Of a stretch of 16,461 nt of DNA, positions 1 to 6,029 are shown one piece after another; positions within the stretch are counted from its first letter, which is position 1, and each line of letters starts with the position of its first letter. The DNA is taken from positions 1 to 16,461 of the forward strand of contig JAGVWJ010000020.1 in assembly GCA_018304385.1 (NCBI GenBank). Direction: 5' to 3'. A model generated the notes under the pieces. That model saw only the letters and a list, made by a program, of their open reading frames with translations, did no database searches and was not told where the DNA came from. The stretch is from Candidatus Micrarchaeota archaeon (GTDB taxonomy: Archaea > Micrarchaeota > Micrarchaeia > Anstonellales > Bilamarchaeaceae). The position numbers were made by a program, and so were the translations under genes.

Positions 1-12
1 ACACTCTTAGAC

Positions 13-1155
13 TTATTGCTTTTCTAGTTCTTCCAGCTCTTTCTTTGCTTTATCAAGTGTATCTTTTTTATAAGAATACATTGGTGCAGAGAATTTTTCT
101 ATTATTTTTTCCAGTATTTCAATAGCTTCCTCGATATTAATTTCACTAATACTTTCAGAAACACCACCACCAGCTTCGAAAGTGTCTGCTGAACCTATTC
201 TATAATAAGCTGCACAGCTTGAACATTTTTTTAGAGAAACCATATACTCGTCATCACCATAGTAACCTAAATCCTCTAGTTTCTCTATGTCAGAAGTTGA
301 AAGTGATTCACCTGACAGTATATTGGCCGAATGTTTTTTTAGAACATTTTTACATGCTAAACATTTCTTTCCTTCAGCGAGTGGCCTCTTAGGCCTCTCT
401 AAGCAAAATTTACACTCTGGGTCTTTACAGCCAGTCTCTAACCATTTATTGCATTTTTTACAAAAGTATGCATCGTATTTCATTGAATACCATTGAGTAG
501 CTTCGCAATCTGGGCATTTCTTATCATCTTCTGCTTCGAAACTATCGGTCTTTAGGTTTTGTTCGTAAGCATTTTGCATGCCTTTCAATAGTTCCTTTAC
601 CCAGAATAAATTTCTATCAACATTAAGTTTTTCTAATTCCTTCAAAAACATTTTTCCATTATCTGGTTTTCTTGCTTCTATAAATTTTTGTAGAGCTAAA
701 TAGGTTTCATATATATCTAAATATTTTCCATAATCGCTCATTTCATCTGGATTTGTATAAATATAATCATATAAAACATCATCAGAGACTTCATTACCGA
801 GCAACTTTAACATTGCTGGCACTGCGGACGAAGTATCTAGCCCATATTCTGTAAGATCCCTAAGTTGCTTTGCAGCTTCTTTTCTAGTTTCTGTATTTTC
901 ACTTGAAAGTGCTTTTATGAGCGATGGGATTGTATTATACTTGTTAGTATATTTTTCCAAGATTTCTTCTAATTGTTCTTTAAAAGGTTGAGACAAATTA
1001 GAATTTCTTATCTCTCCTAACACCAACCACGCATTTTCTTCTTTATATAACGCAAAAGCTAATAGTCTGTAATCTGCATCTCTACGAACATCTGAATCAG
1101 GACTTTTTAGCTCTTCTATTAGCTTCTTTATATCGTCTTTGTTCATGTTAATCAT
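13..1155 (-). CDS. HEAT-repeat protein fused to two Cys-rich (putative Zn-binding) domains
   Basis: HEAT-like units LIEELKSPDSDVRRDA and IPSLIKALSSENTETRKEAAKQL...AVPAMLKLL; C-terminal half has CPDC, CKKC, CKDPECKFC, CLAC, CSSC (11 Cys). The ATG at 1155 overlaps the upstream TGA (ATGA); an alternative start is the ATG at 1146. Confidence 0.8.
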   Translation of the reverse strand: MINMNKDDIKKLIEELKSPDSDVRRDADYRLLAFALYKEENAWLVLGEIRNSNLSQPFKEQLEEILEKYTNKYNTIPSLIKALSSENTETRKEAAKQLRDLTEYGLDTSSAVPAMLKLLGNEVSDDVLYDYIYTNPDEMSDYGKYLDIYETYLALQKFIEARKPDNGKMFLKELEKLNVDRNLFWVKELLKGMQNAYEQNLKTDSFEAEDDKKCPDCEATQWYSMKYDAYFCKKCNKWLETGCKDPECKFCLERPKRPLAEGKKCLACKNVLKKHSANILSGESLSTSDIEKLEDLGYYGDDEYMVSLKKCSSCAAYYRIGSADTFEAGGGVSESISEINIEEAIEILEKIIEKFSAPMYSYKKDTLDKAKKELEELEKQ

Positions 1156-1790
1156 CCATAAATCCAGTTCTTTACAGTTGGCGTCTGCTCAACCTGTGGC
1201 TTTCCGTTTTTGAATTCTTTATCTGATATTTCTATATAAGTAACACCGCTTGTAGCCCTTTTCCCGCTTTCATCTGGCGGCCCATACTCATAGCCCTCGC
1301 TTCCTATAACCATATAATATTTCTTCCCTTTCTGCAAGCAATAATCAACTTCCCTCCCAGCTTTATCTTTGTCCTTGAACTGCCTTTCAAAAGTTGATGT
1401 AGAGATAAACAATCTTAGGGCTCCACCTTTTTGCTCTACTGCAACTTTGAATTTTCCCTCAATTATAATGTGAAATTGCTCTTCGCTATTTCTGAAGCGA
1501 TAGCTACCATCATCATAAAATTTTCCAGATTCAAAATAAACACAGCTTAAATTACCAAAGGTTGATTTGAGTTCCTCCCCATAAACTTCTATTTCCAGTT
1601 GCTTTCCTAAAACGTTATTTTCAGCTAAAAATGCACCAATAGAATCATATTCTTTCATTTCATTCTTTTTTGCCATAGCCTCACCTTCAATAGTCTTATT
1701 TTCTATAATGATTTCATTTTTTGTTTCTTTGGTAGAAGCGCAGCCAAATAAAAAAACAAAAAGCACAAACAGAAAAATAATCTTTTTCAT
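1152..1790 (-). CDS. Predicted lipoprotein of unknown function (lipoprotein A)
   Basis: MKK + hydrophobic stretch + lipobox LFGC (Cys17); 212 aa; stop overlaps the next gene's start. Confidence 0.8.
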   Translation of the reverse strand: MKKIIFLFVLFVFLFGCASTKETKNEIIIENKTIEGEAMAKKNEMKEYDSIGAFLAENNVLGKQLEIEVYGEELKSTFGNLSCVYFESGKFYDDGSYRFRNSEEQFHIIIEGKFKVAVEQKGGALRLFISTSTFERQFKDKDKAGREVDYCLQKGKKYYMVIGSEGYEYGPPDESGKRATSGVTYIEISDKEFKNGKPQVEQTPTVKNWIYG

Positions 1791-1799
1791 ACAACCAGC

Positions 1800-2036
1800 T
1801 TATTTTACTTTAGCAAATGCCTCTTCTTTTATCAAATGCTTATACTTTTCAAATTTCTTGGCACATTTTTTACATAACCATGCACAATTGGAACCTTCTG
1901 TTATACCACGTTCGTAAGCTGCTTTTTCTTCTCCAGTCATCTCAAAACAAAACTGCAAGAGCTTTCTTTTATCTAAAGCTCCGTACGGATCTTCTGAAAA
2001 TTTTCCACATTTATGACATTTATCTGGGGGGATCAG
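1800..2036 (-). CDS. Small Cys-rich putative Zn-finger protein, 78 aa, probable CTG start (not in the ORF track)
   Basis: Open frame fills the gap between the two lipoproteins: MIPPDKCHKCGKFSEDPYGALDKRKLLQFCFEMTGEEKAAYERGITEGSNCAWLCKKCAKKFEKYKHLIKEEAFAKVK. It has CxxC...CxxxCxxC, and GGTGATC lies just upstream of CTG 2036. The first ATG (1940) would lose the first CxxC. Confidence 0.65.
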   Translation of the reverse strand: MIPPDKCHKCGKFSEDPYGALDKRKLLQFCFEMTGEEKAAYERGITEGSNCAWLCKKCAKKFEKYKHLIKEEAFAKVK

Positions 2037-2043
2037 GGGATCA
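2028..2043. repeat. Perfect 8-bp tandem duplication (ggggatca x2)
   Basis: Read directly at 2028-2035 and 2036-2043; spans the SD and start region of the small Cys-rich ORF. Confidence 0.9.
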
Positions 2044-2048
2044 CCAAC

Positions 2049-3029
2049 TTATTTCTTTATAATCTTAATAGAAACAATATCTCGCATAACAGATGGCGCA
2101 CTCTGAAAGCCTTGAGAAATAGGCTTGCCTTTTTCATATGGCTCGACTACTAAATCTTGATCTTCTATAACGTATCCTGTGACTTCCACGAGTTTTCCTA
2201 CGTATTTATCTGCATCAGGTAGAGAAACTAAAAAAACTCCGCCAACTTCTAAGCCAACCTTCACCCTATTGGCAATTCCTTTAATAGTAGTTTTCTTACC
2301 TTCTGGTTCTTCACCTTTTTTCTCAACCATATCAGTCACCTCTAATCGCTTTAATAGAATATATCCGTTCTCATCTCCTTTTGAGATTTTTTCTACGTTA
2401 TAAGCACATTCACCAACCCAAATAGTATCGTTTTCAAATGCGACATAGTTTACCCCACTAAAAGACATCTGCACTGATATTTTTCCATCAGTATCCCATA
2501 TGCCCGCGATACCAATACGAGTGCCACCAACGTTTCCTACAGTAGTCTCTTCTATGCTTACCTCTTCTTGACATATTTTTGATTCTTCTGTTGGTTTTTC
2601 AGTAGAGATAACAACATATCCTGGATTATCCTTTCCGAATTTTTTAATTTCTTTCAAATAATAATCTCTACCATGACCTACTATTACCTCATCACTTCTT
2701 TCATGACCAATGTAAAGAGGCATGCTAGGCGTATCCTTTAGCAATTCATCAAAACCACCAGAAACGTCTAGTTCTGCCTTAATTTTTCCAGAATGCATAA
2801 ATATGCCATTAACCTTAACAGTCCAATTTTCAAAGATGCTAGCGCTTTCGTATTCTCTAATCATAACTTCTATAATTTCTTCATTTTCTGTTTTGGCCAT
2901 TGAATCACCGGTTTTATTTTCTATTGTTTCATTTGTTTTATTTGTCATCGTTTCATTCTTTATATCCTTTGGGCTAGCGGTACAGCCGAAAAAAATAATA
3001 AAAATCATAAGAAAAAGAATGGATTTCAT
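2049..3029 (-). CDS. Predicted lipoprotein with two internal beta-rich repeats and a C-terminal OB-like domain (lipoprotein B)
   Basis: Lipobox FFGC (Cys16); linker KNETMTNKTNETIENKT with four N-x-T sequons; starts 5 nt after the TPR gene stop. Confidence 0.8.
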   Translation of the reverse strand: MKSILFLMIFIIFFGCTASPKDIKNETMTNKTNETIENKTGDSMAKTENEEIIEVMIREYESASIFENWTVKVNGIFMHSGKIKAELDVSGGFDELLKDTPSMPLYIGHERSDEVIVGHGRDYYLKEIKKFGKDNPGYVVISTEKPTEESKICQEEVSIEETTVGNVGGTRIGIAGIWDTDGKISVQMSFSGVNYVAFENDTIWVGECAYNVEKISKGDENGYILLKRLEVTDMVEKKGEEPEGKKTTIKGIANRVKVGLEVGGVFLVSLPDADKYVGKLVEVTGYVIEDQDLVVEPYEKGKPISQGFQSAPSVMRDIVSIKIIKK

Positions 3030-3034
3030 TCTTC

Positions 3035-3985
3035 TTACCTGTGTTTGCCAAGCTTCCTACGCTTGGCAAGTTGTTTTTTCATTTTTGCCTTTGTGACTTC
3101 TAACTGTTTCTTTGCATCTACAAAATCTGGTTTAAGCTTTATTACTTTATTAAAGTCCTTAATTGCTTTTTCATATTCCTCAATATAGGCATACGATAAT
3201 CCTCTATTATAATATGCTTTCATATATCCTGGATCTAATTCAATTGCTCTATTATAATCTTTTATTGCTTCCTGGAATTTATCTTTTAGATAATAAATGG
3301 CCCCTCTATTATGATAAATAGATGGATTATTCGGATCTAGTTCTGCAGCTTTTGAATAATCAAGTATAGACATATCAAAGTTTTTTAGTCGAGAATAGCA
3401 TAATGCCCGATTAAAATAAGCGTCTGCATAATCATCTTTGAGTTGGATTGACTTGCTAAAACCTTCTATTGCCTTTTTGTAATCCCCTTTCTCAAAGAGT
3501 TCACTGCCAAGATTAAAATAGTAATCTGGGTTTTTGGAAGACTTACTTTCTTTCGATTTCTTTTCAGGATAATCAAATTTTATAAGTCCATGCTCCTCTA
3601 GAGAGTTTAATATCTCCACTAGTCTTTTTTCTGTTACCCTCGTTTCTTTCATTATTTCCTCTGCTGGTTTTACCCCATCAATTAAGTTATACACCTTAAG
3701 ACCAGCACTACCAAATTTGTCTTTTATGAGTTTTTCTAGTGAACTTAGATCTTCCCTAATTACTTTCTCTACAGCCTTATCTTCTGGAGGACCCAATTTT
3801 ATAAACCCCTGCTCCTCTAGAAATTTAAGTATCTTCATTAGTCTTTTTTCTGTCACTCCAGTTTCTTTCATTATTTGATCTATTGTTGTTACTCCATCAA
3901 TTAAATCATAAACCTTGGGACCCACACTACCAAATTTGTCTTTGAGTCTTTTGAACATGCTAAAATTTTCCTTCTTTTTTGCCAT
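3035..3985 (-). CDS. Tetratricopeptide-repeat protein with two N-terminal winged-helix-like repeats
   Basis: Four canonical 34-aa TPRs (YFNLG..., YFNRA..., YHNRG..., YYNRG...AIKDFNKVIKLKPDF); duplicated ~50-aa unit KDKFGS.G.KVY.LIDGV....IMKET.VTEKRL..IL..LEE.G.IK; basic tail. Confidence 0.88.
   Translation of the reverse strand: MAKKKENFSMFKRLKDKFGSVGPKVYDLIDGVTTIDQIMKETGVTEKRLMKILKFLEEQGFIKLGPPEDKAVEKVIREDLSSLEKLIKDKFGSAGLKVYNLIDGVKPAEEIMKETRVTEKRLVEILNSLEEHGLIKFDYPEKKSKESKSSKNPDYYFNLGSELFEKGDYKKAIEGFSKSIQLKDDYADAYFNRALCYSRLKNFDMSILDYSKAAELDPNNPSIYHNRGAIYYLKDKFQEAIKDYNRAIELDPGYMKAYYNRGLSYAYIEEYEKAIKDFNKVIKLKPDFVDAKKQLEVTKAKMKKQLAKRRKLGKHR
3045..3069. repeat. Perfect 9-bp inverted repeat with 7-nt loop (ttgccaagc-ttcctac-gcttggcaa)
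   Basis: Read directly; lies in the last codons of the TPR gene, 15 nt upstream of the lipoprotein B start. Confidence 0.85.
3576..3943. repeat. Intragenic direct repeat, 149 bp (3576-3724 and 3795-3943), offset 219 nt
   Basis: Manual ungapped alignment gives about 122/149 identical bases (~82%); encodes the two wH-like units. Confidence 0.9.
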
Positions 3986-4006
3986 GATTAATATAAAACA
4001 TTGAGG

Positions 4007-4014
4007 TTTAAATA
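4007..4014 (-). promoter_or_regulatory. TATA box (TATTTAAA) for the minus-strand operon headed by the TPR gene
   Basis: 21 nt between the box and ATG 3985; A-rich BRE-like sequence upstream. Confidence 0.65.
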
Positions 4015-4070
4015 GCTATTTTGACCTGCTGTCATATAAAAGACTCTAAATCAGCATCAACCATTAAGGT

Positions 4071-4080
4071 TATTTAAAAA
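4071..4080 (+). promoter_or_regulatory. TATA box (TATTTAAAAA) for ahcY
   Basis: Ends 22 nt before ATG 4103; no SD between them, consistent with a leaderless mRNA. Confidence 0.65.
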
Positions 4081-4102
4081 GCTTTCCAATTAATTAATTA
4101 TT

Positions 4103-5353
4103 ATGTCTTCTTATTCAATCAAAGATATTGATCTAGCAGAACAAGGCAAGCTAAATATAGAGCTAGCTGAGCAAAGAATGCAAGCGCTAGCGAAAATTAA
4201 AGCGCGGTTTGCAAAAGAACAACCGTTTAAGGGCTTAACTATTGGCTTGGCATTACATGTAACAAAAGAAACTGCAGTGCTAGTTAGAACGCTTATTGCA
4301 GGCGGTGCAAAGGTTGCAATTGCCAGTTGCAATCCATTAAGTACGCAGGATGATGTTGCAGCTGCGCTCGCGAGCGATGGTGTAAATGTTTTTGGTTATA
4401 AGGGCGAAGGTAAAGAGGATTATTACAAATTTATCGAATCTGTTATATCATTTAAACCAGATATTACTATTGATGATGGATGCGATTTGATCTCTAGTAT
4501 TCATACCAAGCATAAGGATCTGTTACCCAAGTTAATAGGTGGTTGCGAGGAAACAACTACTGGCGTAATACGCTTACATGCAATGCAAAATGATGGTGCG
4601 CTTAAATACCCAGTAATTGCAGTTAATGATAATGCAACGAAACATTTATTTGATAATTTTTATGGCACAGGACAAAGCACAATAGATGGCATATTACGCG
4701 CTACAAATATTCTATTCGCTGGAAAAAATGTTGTTGTTTGCGGATATGGGGATTGCGGTAAAGGTGTTGCATTAAAAGCAAAAGGCATGGGTTCTAATGT
4801 TATTGTTACTGAAGTTAGCGCATTACGCGCTTTACAGGCAGTAATGGATGGATTCAGAGTTTTACCAATTATTGAAGCTGCAAAGATTGGCGATGTTTTT
4901 ATTACAGTTACAGGAAACAAAAATGTACTTCGTCTAGAGCACATAAAGGAAATGAAAAATGGAGTAGTGCTTGCAAATTCTGGGCATTTTGATAATGAGA
5001 TTGATGTTGCAGGATTAAATAAAAATTATAAAAAACGAAAAATGCGTCCATTTTTAGATGAATACACTGTAGGAAATAAGAAAATCTATTTATGCGCAGA
5101 AGGCAGACTTGTAAACTTGGGAGCAGCTGAAGGCCATCCATCTGAGGTTATGAGCACTTCGTTTTGTGGGCAGGCGCTCGCATGTGAATATTTAGTGAAA
5201 AATAAAGGGAAGCTGAAGGCTAGTGTTATTACCTTGCCAAAAGAAATCGATGATGAGATTGCAAGCCTGCAGCTTGATGCAATGGAAATTAAGATCGATT
5301 CGCTTACAGAAGAGCAGAAGAAATATTTAAGTAGTTGGGAAGAGGGGACGTAA
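4103..5353 (+). CDS. ahcY: Adenosylhomocysteinase (S-adenosyl-L-homocysteine hydrolase)
   Basis: Motifs ASCNPLSTQDDVAAAL, DDGCD, EETTTG, TKHLFDNFYGTGQS, NAD-binding GYGDCGKG, GHFDNE, AEGRLVNL, GHPSEVMS. Confidence 0.98.
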   Translation: MSSYSIKDIDLAEQGKLNIELAEQRMQALAKIKARFAKEQPFKGLTIGLALHVTKETAVLVRTLIAGGAKVAIASCNPLSTQDDVAAALASDGVNVFGYKGEGKEDYYKFIESVISFKPDITIDDGCDLISSIHTKHKDLLPKLIGGCEETTTGVIRLHAMQNDGALKYPVIAVNDNATKHLFDNFYGTGQSTIDGILRATNILFAGKNVVVCGYGDCGKGVALKAKGMGSNVIVTEVSALRALQAVMDGFRVLPIIEAAKIGDVFITVTGNKNVLRLEHIKEMKNGVVLANSGHFDNEIDVAGLNKNYKKRKMRPFLDEYTVGNKKIYLCAEGRLVNLGAAEGHPSEVMSTSFCGQALACEYLVKNKGKLKASVITLPKEIDDEIASLQLDAMEIKIDSLTEEQKKYLSSWEEGT

Positions 5354-5384
5354 CGTTCTTAATACTTCACAATAATATCTAATT

Positions 5385-5633
5385 ATGAAACTCGACGAAG
5401 TAAATAAAAAATATGCGGGCGAATGGGTAGTTGCTAAAGTCTTAAAAATGGAGAAAGGCCAACCTGAAGAATTAGAAGTAGTTTTTCATAGTAAAAAGCG
5501 CGCAGAAGCGTATAAGAAGCAGATGGAATTTAATGAAATTATTGCGGTTTTCTACGCTGGTGAAGTAGAAGAAGAGGGCTACGCGGTTGCATTTTTATGG
5601 CTCGATATGATTTTGGAAAAAATAAAGGGATAA
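5385..5633 (+). CDS. Small DUF5678-like protein
   Basis: KYAGEWVV...VVFHSKKRAEAY...VFYAG pattern; overlaps the downstream protease gene by 37 nt. Family name is from recollection. Confidence 0.6.
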   Translation: MKLDEVNKKYAGEWVVAKVLKMEKGQPEELEVVFHSKKRAEAYKKQMEFNEIIAVFYAGEVEEEGYAVAFLWLDMILEKIKG

Positions 5634-5974
5634 TTCCTATAATTGCTTTCTTGGATGAAAAAAGATTAATAAAAATGGCACTGGATACTGGTGCAACTTT
5701 TTGTCTTATACCTTTAGAATTTGCTCAATATTTAAAAATTGACATTGAAAAACCAGAAAAGAGAATAAAAATGATGACAGCAGAGGGGAGATGTGAGGTT
5801 CCATTAGTAACATTAAGATCAATTTCTATTTCTGATAAAACTGCAACAAATGTGAAAACCGTTGTTCATGATCTACCCGAAAACAGTCACGTAGATGGAC
5901 TTCTAGGTTTAAGTTTTTTGAATAATTTCAAACTTACTATAGATTTTAGAAACGGATATCTGGAGATTGAATAG
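5597..5974 (+). CDS. Retropepsin-like (clan AA) single-domain aspartyl protease
   Basis: Catalytic ALDTGATF, flap TAEG, and DGLLGLSFL motif; 125 aa with no signal peptide. Confidence 0.9.
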   Translation: MARYDFGKNKGIIPIIAFLDEKRLIKMALDTGATFCLIPLEFAQYLKIDIEKPEKRIKMMTAEGRCEVPLVTLRSISISDKTATNVKTVVHDLPENSHVDGLLGLSFLNNFKLTIDFRNGYLEIE

Positions 5975-6007
5975 CTGGGAAGAAGGAACTTGAAGTTCTT
6001 ATAGACC

Positions 6008-6016
6008 AAACAAAAA
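6008..6016 (-). terminator. Possible archaeal oligo-U terminator (TTTTTGTTT)
   Basis: U-rich tract 13 nt after the stop at 6030, in a convergent intergenic region. Confidence 0.3.
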
Positions 6017-6029
6017 CTTAGTTACTAGT

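Noticed and set aside
2034-2051. Stop-codon readthrough fusing lipoprotein B to the in-frame Zn-finger ORF
   Set aside because: The stop is TAA, which is not a recoded codon, and a strong SD directly follows, so independent initiation is simpler.
3576-3943. Direct repeat considered as a CRISPR, IS or retroelement template/variable repeat
   Set aside because: It is an in-frame duplicated protein domain; mismatches are not confined to adenines, and no reverse transcriptase or cas gene is in the window.
4015-4102. Possible SAH/SAM riboswitch upstream of ahcY, and a short TGAC-N5-GTCA repeat
   Set aside because: TATA spacing implies almost no leader; there is no riboswitch-like structure, and a 4-bp arm is not significant.
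4365-4376. Perfect 12-bp palindrome CGCTCGCGAGCG in ahcY
   Set aside because: It lies inside conserved coding sequence (ALASD), has no loop, and has no second copy of the same sequence.
5986-5998. Inverted repeat GAACTT-G-AAGTTC after the protease gene
   Set aside because: A one-nucleotide loop cannot form a hairpin, and the repeat is too short and isolated to call an operator or attachment site.
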